Source: Klebsiella phage K64-1
Length of the DNA stretch: 64,000 bases
Reading direction: 5' to 3' (one strand)
Sequence record: AB897757.1
In this document: positions 47,837 through 56,390 of the stretch, in pieces
Layout: each line of letters starts with the position of its first letter
How positions within the stretch are numbered: the first letter of the stretch is position 1
Program-made: the position numbers and the translations under genes
The notes under the pieces: generated by a model
Told to the model about the DNA's origin: nothing
What the model saw: only the letters and a program-made list of their open reading frames with translations
Databases searched by the model: none

Positions 47837-48475
47837 TTATTCTACTGTGACTTCAACAGTATCAGTTTTGTTTCCATCATTGGTGGTTACAGTTATAGTT
47901 GCAGTACCAGCAGCTACATATGAAACTAGTCCAGTACTATCTACAGTACAAACACCCACTGCACTGGAAGACCATGTAACAGATTTATCGGTTGCATCCA
48001 ATGGTAGTACTGAAACGCTTAGTTGCTCGGTACCACCGACTGCACCAGTAAGAGTTTTTGGTGAAACAGTAACGCTTTCTACATGAACGACTGGTGGTTT
48101 TACGTTAGTGCGTCTAAAGATAAATCCACCATTATCCAACTTGACTTTGTTGAGTTGGTAGAGTATACTGAATCCCTCGACACCGGTTTTTGGGTCAGAT
48201 TCTTTGATACAAAAGGTATTTACTGCTAGTGAATCAGCAATATCTTCGTCAGCATCGGAATATTTTAGTGCTACCAGATTTGAATCGCGGTGAACTAGTC
48301 TAATAAATGTATAAACAGTTCCATCTGTGGAAATCAAATCATACACATCAAAAGTTCTTTGTTTGTATACAAATAGGTCGCCAACATGAACTGTACCATT
48401 AACATTTGCCGCAGTGACTTTCAATCCATCAACAACAAACGGATAATGGTTTTGTTTTGCGATAACACGTGCCAT
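47837..48475 (-). CDS. Ig-like (Big_2) domain protein, possibly a Hoc-like capsid decoration or adhesin protein
   Basis: The only convincing minus-strand gene, 212 aa. The C-terminal 80 aa, 'VSVLPLDATDKSVTWSSSAVGVCTVDSTGLVSYVAAGTATITVTTNDGNKTDTVEVTV', is a typical Big_2 Ig-like domain. Composition is GC-richer than the flanks. Confidence 0.55.
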   Translation of the reverse strand: MARVIAKQNHYPFVVDGLKVTAANVNGTVHVGDLFVYKQRTFDVYDLISTDGTVYTFIRLVHRDSNLVALKYSDADEDIADSLAVNTFCIKESDPKTGVEGFSILYQLNKVKLDNGGFIFRRTNVKPPVVHVESVTVSPKTLTGAVGGTEQLSVSVLPLDATDKSVTWSSSAVGVCTVDSTGLVSYVAAGTATITVTTNDGNKTDTVEVTVE

Positions 48476-48574
48476 TATTTTCTCCCTTTTATAAAAACTT
48501 GTAAACGTTATTAAATTTATGTTTATTATAAAATTTTATATAACCTTACTATTATTTACCAATTTAGAGGAAAT

Positions 48575-49171
48575 ATGTTTATTGTACTAAAAGAATTTTT
48601 ATATAATACATTAATTGCTTTTTCACTTATTTTCCCATCACATGATATTCAACAGAATGTAACTGTAAACGATAGTAACGTGTTAATTTTTAATACTAAA
48701 ATAAACGACGAATCAGTACAAAGAGCGGAAACATTATATAAGAAATATAAGTACAAAACCATTTCTATTACCTCACCTGGAGGTGATGTGAATTCTGGTT
48801 TTGAATTAGCAGTCTTTGCTTCTGACCATAATATTAAAGTTAATGTACCGAAGTACTGTGCAAGTGCATGTACAGTTATATTTTTTGCTGCTGATAAACA
48901 AAACAGAGTTATGGATAAAGATGCTATTATTGCTATTCATAATGTTTCGGTTGTGGCTAATAATGATATTTCTGGTAATGAAACCATATCTATCAATACT
49001 GCCATGGATTTAATGAAAGATACATCAGAAATTGTAGCAGCTATGTATAGTTTATATGCATATGTTGGTATTCCAGGTGAAATCCTGATGAGAACAAGCA
49101 CTATGCACGGAGCTGATTCTTATCAAATAACAAAAAAACAACTCCAAATGTGGGGCATTTTAGAAAAATAA
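48575..49171 (+). CDS. secreted or membrane ClpP/S49-like serine peptidase-like protein
   Basis: ORF of 198 aa with an N-terminal hydrophobic segment, 'ITSPGGDVNSGFELAVFA' (the ClpP/SppA SPGG motif) and 'YCASACTVIFFAADK', where Ser sits at the catalytic position. Confidence 0.5.
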   Translation: MFIVLKEFLYNTLIAFSLIFPSHDIQQNVTVNDSNVLIFNTKINDESVQRAETLYKKYKYKTISITSPGGDVNSGFELAVFASDHNIKVNVPKYCASACTVIFFAADKQNRVMDKDAIIAIHNVSVVANNDISGNETISINTAMDLMKDTSEIVAAMYSLYAYVGIPGEILMRTSTMHGADSYQITKKQLQMWGILEK

Positions 49172-49174
49172 ATC

Positions 49175-49202
49175 TGTACAAGAATATCATTTGTGATATA
49201 AT
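49175..49202 (+). promoter_or_regulatory. promoter with extended -10 (TTGTGATATAAT)
   Basis: TG at 49194-49195 and TATAAT at 49197-49202, with a weak -35. It lies upstream of natV. Confidence 0.4.
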
Positions 49203-49258
49203 AATTAAACAGAGAGTGATGTAGCTCTCTTTTATATAGCTTAGGGAGTACTAAGACA

Positions 49259-50323
49259 ATGAAAGAAAAAGTTTATGTATATATTGGACGTTTCCAAATT
49301 CCACATATTGGTCATGAAGAAGTCCTCAAACATGCGATCAAAATTGCAGATCGTGTTATCATTCAGGTCGGTTCAAGTGAACTGGCTCGTGATCCAAAAA
49401 ATCCATTCACGTTTGAAGAACGTAAGTCAGTACTAGAAGAAATTACAAAACGTGTAGCTCAAGATGAATGGAATAAAGGTCGAACTGTTAAAATCGATAT
49501 TATGCCATTACATGATTATGTATATGATAATAATGCATGGCTAAAAGAAGTACAGGATAATGTTAAAACATGTACTTCAAGTAATGATATTACTATTACC
49601 GGTTGTCGTAAAAATGGTGATACTAGTACTGAATATCTTAACTATTTTCCTCAATGGAAAAATGACTTCATTAACGAAGTACAAAGTAATGCAAAGGGTA
49701 CTATTAGTAGTACTGAACTACGCGAAGCTTTCTTTGTCTCTGGTAAAGTTCCAACTGAATTTGTTTCAAAAGAAACAACAGAATTTCTAGAAAATTTTGT
49801 CAGTACTAAACCGGATGTATTCGATAATCTTATTAAAGAATATGAATTCATTAATCGTTATATTGAACAAATGAAAGAAGCACTACCTTATGATATTCCA
49901 TTTTTAACAGCAGATAACATCGTCGTCAGTTGTGGTCACGTTCTTCTTATTCGTAGAAGAACATATCCAGGAAAAGGATTATTAGCTATGCCGGGTGGAT
50001 ATTTTCAATGTTGGGATGATAAAGACCAGATTGATACTGCAATTCGTGAATTAAAAGAAGAAACTAAAATCGATGTACCTGAAAAAGTGCTTCGTGGTAA
50101 TATTGTTAGTGCAACAGACTTTACTGACATGAATAGAAGTCTTCGCTGGCGAATTCTAACTAAAGCTGTTCATATTCAATTACCTGACGTCACTCTACCT
50201 AAAGTTAAAGGAAGTGATGATGCAGAAAAAGCTCAGTGGATTCCACTAAGCGATGTAGAAAAATATCGTGATCAGTTCTTTGAGGACCATTATTCTATTT
50301 TGGCTTCAGTACTGAAACTATAA
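49259..50323 (+). CDS. natV: bifunctional NMN adenylyltransferase / Nudix ADP-ribose pyrophosphatase (NatV/NadM-like)
   Basis: ORF of 354 aa. The N-terminus 'IGRFQIPHIGHEEVL' carries the HxGH nucleotidyltransferase motif. The C-terminus 'GGYFQCWDDKDQIDTAIRELKEETKI' is the Nudix box Gx5Ex7REUxEExGU. Confidence 0.85.
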   Translation: MKEKVYVYIGRFQIPHIGHEEVLKHAIKIADRVIIQVGSSELARDPKNPFTFEERKSVLEEITKRVAQDEWNKGRTVKIDIMPLHDYVYDNNAWLKEVQDNVKTCTSSNDITITGCRKNGDTSTEYLNYFPQWKNDFINEVQSNAKGTISSTELREAFFVSGKVPTEFVSKETTEFLENFVSTKPDVFDNLIKEYEFINRYIEQMKEALPYDIPFLTADNIVVSCGHVLLIRRRTYPGKGLLAMPGGYFQCWDDKDQIDTAIRELKEETKIDVPEKVLRGNIVSATDFTDMNRSLRWRILTKAVHIQLPDVTLPKVKGSDDAEKAQWIPLSDVEKYRDQFFEDHYSILASVLKL

Positions 50324-50398
50324 AGAATTATTACACAGAGTAATAATAAATCAGAGAACGTAGTAGTTCTCTAACTTAAACTAAGGGAGTCTTAGAAA

Positions 50399-51871
50399 AT
50401 GAAAAACGTAAATCCAAATGTAAACTTTATTTTAAACTGCGACAGCTATAAGATTCAACACAGAAAAATGCTCAAAAAGCATGTTGATGGTTATTACAGT
50501 ACTATTGTACCTCGTAAAAGCTCTCCACATAGCAACCATGTAGTTGTGGCTGGTTTGCAATACACAATTAATACCTATATCAATATTCAGATTACCAAAG
50601 AAGATGTTGATGAAGCTGAAATTGAAATTCGTGAACAAGGTTCACGTTTTGATAGAACTATTTGGGATAAAATCGTCAATGAGTTTGGTGGTAAAGTTCC
50701 AGTAAAAATTAGTGCTATTAAAGAAGGTACAGTTGTTCCAGTTCAATCAGTAGTTTGTGTTGTTGAAGCTAAAGATGAGTTTGCATTTTTGGCTAGTTAT
50801 ATTGAAACTTGTATTCAACGTGGTGTATGGTATAGCAGTACTGTAGCATCTGAATGTCGTGCAATGAAAAAAATTCTTGCTGATGTAATGCAACGTCATG
50901 CTGGTCATAAGAATGTAGATTATCATTTCCACAACTTTGGAGATCGTAGTGCAACTTGTTTTGAACATGCATATGTAGCTGGTATGGCACATGCAATTAT
51001 GTTCAATGGTTCGGATAGTTTAACTTCAAATCGTTATATTAAAGCTCACTATAATACTACCAAAGCGTATCTGAGTTCAGTTGACGCTACTGAACATAGC
51101 GTTATGTGCAGTAATAGTGATGCTGAACATCGCAATGATTATGGTGCAGCAGTAATGGCGGTAGATCATTGGGAAGAACAAGTTACAATGTGGGAAGAAG
51201 ATGGATTAGGTGTACCAGTAACTTCATGTGTTATTGATACTTATAATGATTATCGCTTTGTCCGTGACTTTATCGGTACTAAATTAAAAGACCGTATTGT
51301 TGAAATTGGCAAACGAGGTGGTCGCTTTGTTCTTCGTCCTGATTCACGAATTCCTAAAGAAATTTGTATTGATGTAATCGAAATTCTAATGGAAAAGTTT
51401 GGTTATACTATTAACGAACATGGTTACAAAGTACTACCACCATATATTGGAGTAATTCAAGGTGATGGTGTTAATTTCGATAGTATTCATGAAATTCTAG
51501 ATATTCTTGATGAAAAGAAATTATCCCTTGAAAACATTGTATTTGGTTGTGGTACCAAATTGGTTAACCCTGAACGTGGTCGTGATCTTTATAGTTGGTC
51601 AATGAAAGGTACTGCACAACATGTCGAAGATGAACGTGAATGGCAAGACCTATTCAAAGATCCAGCAGGTGAACCAGGCAAACGTTCACATAAAGGGCGT
51701 GTAGTAACCTGGAAATGTAAAGTATCTGGTAAGATTTTTGTTGATCGTGATGATCTTGATAAAATTAATCATTTCATTGAAAATCTACTTGTACCAATGT
51801 ATGACTGCGGTAAAATTATGAATTTCAGTACTTTTGATGAAGTTCGTGAGCGTGCTAACGCAGGTATCTAA
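50399..51871 (+). CDS. nadV: nicotinamide phosphoribosyltransferase (NAMPT/NadV)
   Basis: ORF of 490 aa with the N-terminal 'NFILNCDSYKIQH' (NAMPT 'ATDSYKVTH' block). Its length and downstream blocks such as 'GVIQGDGVN' (NAMPT 'IRPDSGD/IQGDG') also fit. Confidence 0.85.
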   Translation: MKNVNPNVNFILNCDSYKIQHRKMLKKHVDGYYSTIVPRKSSPHSNHVVVAGLQYTINTYINIQITKEDVDEAEIEIREQGSRFDRTIWDKIVNEFGGKVPVKISAIKEGTVVPVQSVVCVVEAKDEFAFLASYIETCIQRGVWYSSTVASECRAMKKILADVMQRHAGHKNVDYHFHNFGDRSATCFEHAYVAGMAHAIMFNGSDSLTSNRYIKAHYNTTKAYLSSVDATEHSVMCSNSDAEHRNDYGAAVMAVDHWEEQVTMWEEDGLGVPVTSCVIDTYNDYRFVRDFIGTKLKDRIVEIGKRGGRFVLRPDSRIPKEICIDVIEILMEKFGYTINEHGYKVLPPYIGVIQGDGVNFDSIHEILDILDEKKLSLENIVFGCGTKLVNPERGRDLYSWSMKGTAQHVEDEREWQDLFKDPAGEPGKRSHKGRVVTWKCKVSGKIFVDRDDLDKINHFIENLLVPMYDCGKIMNFSTFDEVRERANAGI

Positions 51872-51879
51872 TATATTTT

Positions 51880-51910
51880 GGAGAGTCATTATGGCTCTCC
51901 ATTCTTTTTA
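51880..51910 (+). terminator. rho-independent terminator after nadV
   Basis: Sequence ggagagtc-atta-tggctctcc followed by attcttttt. Confidence 0.5.
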
Positions 51911-52117
51911 ATTAAAGTAATAAAGGTATATAATGTGCTTATTGGTTTTAAAATAGTTATTATCTTCTTTATATGGTTTATTACATATCAAATAATTGAA
52001 GAAATCAGTACTAAATTCTCTTCAAATAATTTCTTAGTAGACGTTTGTTTATTATCCATTGCGGTACTGGGATTTTTGATCATACCGGTTATATTTTCAT
52101 ATTTTATATGAAAAATG

Positions 52118-52146
52118 TTGACATTTTTTTCTTCATAAGATATAGT
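52118..52146 (+). promoter_or_regulatory. sigma70-like promoter TTGACA-N17-TATAGT
   Basis: TTGACA at 52118-52123 and TATAGT at 52141-52146. Confidence 0.5.
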
Positions 52147-52179
52147 ATAGATATTAACAATTAATAACGGATATCAAAA

Positions 52180-52446
52180 ATGTTCCAACATCTTTTGGAT
52201 TTTTTCTGTACTGTAAACATTGAAAAACAAGCTAAGTTCATTATTGTAGAACTGGTCTGGTTTTACTTAGGTGGCCTGGTAATTACACTGTGTGCATTTT
52301 TACATAGTGATATTAATCTTGGTATTTCCTATGCAAAAAGTGAGAATAAACCATCATTACTACTCAAGTTTATTAGATGTTTATTGTACTTAGCGTATAT
52401 CTTATATATTGTTGGATTTTTTGGTGTATATTATGTAATTCATTAG
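52180..52446 (+). CDS. small membrane protein with 2-3 TM helices
   Basis: ORF of 88 aa that is hydrophobic, 'FIIVELVWFYLGGLVITLCAFL ... LLYLAYILYIVGFFGVYYVI'. Confidence 0.45.
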   Translation: MFQHLLDFFCTVNIEKQAKFIIVELVWFYLGGLVITLCAFLHSDINLGISYAKSENKPSLLLKFIRCLLYLAYILYIVGFFGVYYVIH

Positions 52447-52456
52447 GAATTAATCG

Positions 52457-53194
52457 ATGATTAGTACTAAATTCATTAAAAAAGCTGGTGATAAAAGATT
52501 ACTAATCATTTCTGGAAATGGATTGTCAATGGATAGTGGTTTTGACTTATATGACATTCCTGATAATTTTCAGATAAATGATGTATGTAATATTGCCAGT
52601 TTAGGTACAAAATATCACGTAGTTCATTCTTATTATAATACTCTTAGAGTTAAATTAAAAGATATTGAACCAAACGAAATGCATTACTATATTAAATCAT
52701 TACAAGATGAGTATGGTGATAACTTTTTACACATGACCAGTAATGTAGATGATTTATATACAAGAATTGGTGGCACTGAATTAAAATTACATGGTAATAT
52801 TAAAGAGGTTATAGAAAACTACACCGCTGATGGTTCTGAAATAGAAATAAAAGAATTAGGTTATGAACCATATATTCCATGTAGTGGTATTTTTTCTAAA
52901 CCAGGTGTTACATTAATTGGTGAGTTCCATAGTTATTTTTATGGATATAAAATCCCAATTTATGAAGAACGAAATGAAATACTAAAATCATTAAATGAAA
53001 ATGATACTGTAGTAGTAATTGGAAGTTCTGATTCAGTACTGAAATGGAGCCATTTAATAAATGAGAAATGTTACACAGTACTAATCAATATAAGAAAAAA
53101 TGAAAACGATCATCGTTTCAATGAACGAATTTATAAATCTTGTTCCAAATCTGTATTAGATTTATCTGGAATAATTTCAAAAAGGATGGTATAG
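52457..53194 (+). CDS. Sir2 (sirtuin/CobB)-family protein, divergent
   Basis: ORF of 245 aa. 'LLIISGNGLSMDSGFDLYD' aligns to the sirtuin 'VLTGAGISAESGIPTFR' block. 'PNEMHYYIKSLQDEYGDNFLHMTSNVDDLYTRIGGTELKLHGNI' aligns to CobB '[45 protein letters not shown]', which contains the catalytic His. 'VVVIGSSDSV' aligns to 'IAIGTSGHV'. The zinc ribbon is absent. Confidence 0.65.
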   Translation: MISTKFIKKAGDKRLLIISGNGLSMDSGFDLYDIPDNFQINDVCNIASLGTKYHVVHSYYNTLRVKLKDIEPNEMHYYIKSLQDEYGDNFLHMTSNVDDLYTRIGGTELKLHGNIKEVIENYTADGSEIEIKELGYEPYIPCSGIFSKPGVTLIGEFHSYFYGYKIPIYEERNEILKSLNENDTVVVIGSSDSVLKWSHLINEKCYTVLINIRKNENDHRFNERIYKSCSKSVLDLSGIISKRMV

Positions 53195-53748
53195 TGGAAA
53201 AAATTGATTTCGGTACAAGAAGTACCAGAGCCGATTTTGCTTTTTGTTGGATTTTTGCCCGAGATTGTACTCCATACTCTGGATATGATGATCAACTTGG
53301 AATTGATAAAGTAAATTTAGTACTAGCACAATTACGTTTTGATGGTTGCATTGGGGCGTGTGGTGGTATGGTGGAAAGTGATGATAATTCATTAGAAGAA
53401 GCTGTACAGCGTGAAGTACTGGAAGAAATTGGTTATACTGTTGATTTAACACATTTAAAACCACTTCTAAGCTTGCGTTTACCATCAGGCAGCCATTGCC
53501 ATAGCTATAGTTATGAAGTTGATTACAATGAATTACAAAGCATTAGAGATGGTGCTTATAGAGGAATACATTTCAATCCAGAATGTGCTGGTGTGAATCT
53601 TTTACATATTTCAAGATACACAAAAGGTTATGGAAACGAATGTGGATATAATGTATTATTAGAACAACACTGGAGTGGTACATCAAAAGAAGAATTTATG
53701 TACCTTGTAGAGACAGAAAATCTATTAATTAGTTATTTGAAGGAATGA
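53195..53748 (+). CDS. Nudix hydrolase (NudE-like)
   Basis: Start taken as GTG immediately after the Sir2 stop, with RBS aaaggatgg. The Nudix box is 'GGMVESDDNSLEEAVQREVLEEIGY'. Confidence 0.7.
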
Positions 53749-54080
53749 TAATGGGATACCAGTTATTTTTAGATGATATTCGTTACCCATCAAAATATTA
53801 TAGTACTGAAATGGTACTATGTAGATCTTATGATGAAGCTGTCAAATATGTAGAAGAACATGGAATTCCAGAATTTATCAGTTTTGACCATGACCTTGGA
53901 GATACTTCTGATAATGAAAAAACTGGTTATTCATTTGCTAAATTTTTGATTGATTATATGATTGATAATGGCATCAGTAATGAATTCAAATATAATATTC
54001 ATAGCTCAAATCCAGTAGGTGCAGATAATATCGATTCTTATCTAAAAGCTGGTTTTAAATATCTAAGAGAAAATATGTAA
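53745..54080 (+). CDS. cyclic-phosphate-processing receiver (CPR)-like domain protein
   Basis: ORF of 111 aa. 'QLFLDDIRYP', 'ISFDHDLGD', 'KTGYSFAKFL' and 'IHSSNPVGADNI' follow the order of the CPR domain consensus (xLDDeR.P ... slDHDLG ... tGyd ... HSaNpvg) as I recall it. Confidence 0.4.
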   Translation: MIMGYQLFLDDIRYPSKYYSTEMVLCRSYDEAVKYVEEHGIPEFISFDHDLGDTSDNEKTGYSFAKFLIDYMIDNGISNEFKYNIHSSNPVGADNIDSYLKAGFKYLRENM

Positions 54081-54397
54081 TGAAGATTGGTAATCATATT
54101 TTTGCATGTTTTATTAGTATATGTATCTGTTCGGTTGTTGCTGGATTGTGGTATAATTCAATGAGGTACGAAAAACACAATATTAGATATAATTCAGTTA
54201 AAGTTGTTGGTATTGGTCAATGTTCTAATAAAAGTTCGAGTACCGAGTGTTCTTTTTGGTACGAAGATGGAAATTCTACCCAATTTGCAATTTCAGATAA
54301 TCCAGTTTCAATTGGTCAAATTGTTTATCAAATGTGCTGGACAGAAAAGGCTCGTGGTGATAGATGTTATGTAAATTACCAAACGAGTAAGCAGTAA
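54080..54397 (+). CDS. small membrane or secreted Cys-containing protein
   Basis: ORF of 105 aa with the N-terminal hydrophobic segment 'IFACFISICICSVVAGLW'. Confidence 0.4.
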   Translation: MKIGNHIFACFISICICSVVAGLWYNSMRYEKHNIRYNSVKVVGIGQCSNKSSSTECSFWYEDGNSTQFAISDNPVSIGQIVYQMCWTEKARGDRCYVNYQTSKQ

Positions 54398-54474
54398 AAA
54401 AGTTGTATTTTAGCAGTTCTAAATACATATGAGAACAACATAATATTCTCCCCAACTAAGATAAGGAATATCTT

Positions 54475-55914
54475 ATGAAAAAATATACTATTGACACTAA
54501 CGTAGTACTTTCTGATCCAAATGCAATCACTGCGTTTGATGGTACATCTGTTATTCTTCCATTTAAAGTACTAGAAGAACTAGATTCTATTAAAAGTCGC
54601 AATGTTGACGTATCTCGTGATGCACGTTTTGCAATCCGAAATATTGATGCAATTCTAGCTGATGCAACTTATGAAGAGATTAGAAATACTGGTGTTGATA
54701 TTTCAAAAGTACATACGAATATGAGTGCTTCCAGTAAATTATTTGTAATTACCGATGAAGAAGCAGAAGCTTTAATTCGTACACAAGATAAAGAAGAAAA
54801 ATTAGTCACTCTTCTAAAAAGTACAGTTCCTGATGATAAAATCATTTTAGTAGCACTAGCAACTGATTCAGTACTAGTTACAAAAGATATCAATATGCGT
54901 CTAAAAGCACTATCTTATGGTGTTGAGGTTCAAGATTATCGTCATGATGTAGTACTAGAAGATAGTGATCTTATTCATGTCGGTCAACATCATCTTGACA
55001 TTGATTTTTGGGAAATGTTTAAAGATATTCCTGATGCAGAAATTAAATCCAATCAAATTGGTAGAAAATTGTATCACTATATCAGTACTGAACTATTAAA
55101 AGATTCGTTACCAACAAATATGTATATTGGTGATTATTTGTATGATAATTCTGATGTATTGTTTGTATATGATGGTATTGTTGAGCTTGATGATTCAGAA
55201 GGTAATGCAATTGAAGGTGAGTTTTTTGTATTTCAAGATGTAGGACAATCGGTTGCTTTACGTGCTAAAGTTTGGGATATTAAATCAAAAAATATCCAAC
55301 AATCATTAGCAATTAATAGTATTCTCGATCCTGACGTACATCTTACTGTACTTCTTGGTTCTGCTGGTACTGGTAAAACACTAATTACAATTGCAAGTGC
55401 ACTTGAATTAGTACTAGAGAAGAAAAAATATTCTCGTATTATTTTCTCAAAAACTCAAGATTCACAGTTTGAAGATATTGGTTTCCTACCAGGATCAGAA
55501 AGTGAAAAAGTAATTCCTTTCTGTGGTGCAGCAATTGATGCATTAGAGTTTTTACATCGTGATGACCGCGATCCACAAGGTAGTATTGAAGAAATTATGA
55601 AACGTAATGTTATTCAATTTAAAGCATTGAACTTCGTTCGTGGTCGTAGTTTCACTGATACAATTCTTGTTATCGACGAATTCCAAAATATTTCACCCGC
55701 ACAAGCGAAGACAATCTTGACACGTGCTGGACAAAACTGTAAAGTAATCATTATGGGAAACCTATCACAAATTGATAATAAATTTATTAGTGCAGTGAAT
55801 AGTGGTTTAACATATGTTACTGAAAAATTTAAAGATTGGTCCGGTTGTCGTATCATCGAGTTAGAAGGTGTTGTGCGTTCACCATTAGCCGAATTTGCTG
55901 AGAAAAATATGTAA
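54475..55914 (+). CDS. phoH: PhoH-family ATPase with an N-terminal PIN domain (PhoL/YlaK-type)
   Basis: ORF of 479 aa. The N-terminus 'KKYTIDTNVVLSDP' is a PIN-like D-rich start. The Walker A is 'LLGSAGTGKTLITIA' and the Walker B is 'ILVIDEFQN'. RBS is aaggaatatcttATG. Confidence 0.85.
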   Translation: MKKYTIDTNVVLSDPNAITAFDGTSVILPFKVLEELDSIKSRNVDVSRDARFAIRNIDAILADATYEEIRNTGVDISKVHTNMSASSKLFVITDEEAEALIRTQDKEEKLVTLLKSTVPDDKIILVALATDSVLVTKDINMRLKALSYGVEVQDYRHDVVLEDSDLIHVGQHHLDIDFWEMFKDIPDAEIKSNQIGRKLYHYISTELLKDSLPTNMYIGDYLYDNSDVLFVYDGIVELDDSEGNAIEGEFFVFQDVGQSVALRAKVWDIKSKNIQQSLAINSILDPDVHLTVLLGSAGTGKTLITIASALELVLEKKKYSRIIFSKTQDSQFEDIGFLPGSESEKVIPFCGAAIDALEFLHRDDRDPQGSIEEIMKRNVIQFKALNFVRGRSFTDTILVIDEFQNISPAQAKTILTRAGQNCKVIIMGNLSQIDNKFISAVNSGLTYVTEKFKDWSGCRIIELEGVVRSPLAEFAEKNM

Positions 55915-55921
55915 TAATATT

Positions 55922-55950
55922 TTCGGTACTGAACAACACTCAGTACCGAA
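55922..55950 (+). terminator. terminator hairpin built from the GTACTG motif
   Basis: Sequence ttcggtactg-aacaacact-cagtaccgaa followed by atttaaaat. Confidence 0.5.
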
Positions 55951-55974
55951 ATTTAAAATAATTAAAAAAAACAT

Positions 55975-56003
55975 TTGACATATCAATCGTTGTATCCTAT
56001 AAT
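55975..56003 (+). promoter_or_regulatory. sigma70-like promoter TTGACA-N17-TATAAT
   Basis: TTGACA at 55975-55980 and TATAAT at 55998-56003. Confidence 0.55.
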
Positions 56004-56050
56004 AATCTCATCAACACGAAACACAGAAACAATAAAAGAGGAAATAAAAA

Positions 56051-56347
56051 ATGGCTAAACAAGCAAAGAAAAAAGTTCAAGAAGCTCCAGTTAAAGTTAA
56101 AAAAGCAAAAACCGAAAAACTGTCCAAAGAAGAACGCGTAAGTGCACTGTACAAAGCCGAAGCACAAACAACTCTCCAAACCCTACGTAAGAAAGGTGTG
56201 TTGACCCGCCGCCAACAACGCATGATTGCGTACACAAAAGGTCTTGGTGGTGTCAAAGGTGTACCACTGGTAAATACCTATGAAGTGGAGAAAAAAGGCG
56301 ACAAAAAAGTTGTAGTTCACAAACTCCAACAATGGCATCGTATCTAA
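56051..56347 (+). CDS. highly basic small protein (Lys/Ala/Val-rich; candidate DNA-binding or internal-type protein)
   Basis: ORF of 98 aa with strong RBS aaagaggaaataaaaaATG. It has its own promoter and terminator and a codon usage distinct from its neighbours. Confidence 0.55.
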   Translation: MAKQAKKKVQEAPVKVKKAKTEKLSKEERVSALYKAEAQTTLQTLRKKGVLTRRQQRMIAYTKGLGGVKGVPLVNTYEVEKKGDKKVVVHKLQQWHRI

Positions 56348-56390
56348 TATAATTTTATAGTACTGTAATTATATTACAATACTTCACATT

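Noticed and set aside
51878-52111. Track ORF 51878-52111 (77 aa, TTG start, hydrophobic)
   Set aside because: Its start lies inside the nadV terminator hairpin, it uses a TTG start with no RBS, and the real promoter for the next unit is at 52118. It is probably spurious, although a tiny membrane peptide cannot be excluded.
56051-56347. Basic 98-aa protein as a histone-like or HU homolog
   Set aside because: The sequence (AKQAKKKVQEAPVKVKK...) is basic but shows no HU/IHF or H-NS signature that I can recognise. I kept it as a generic basic protein.
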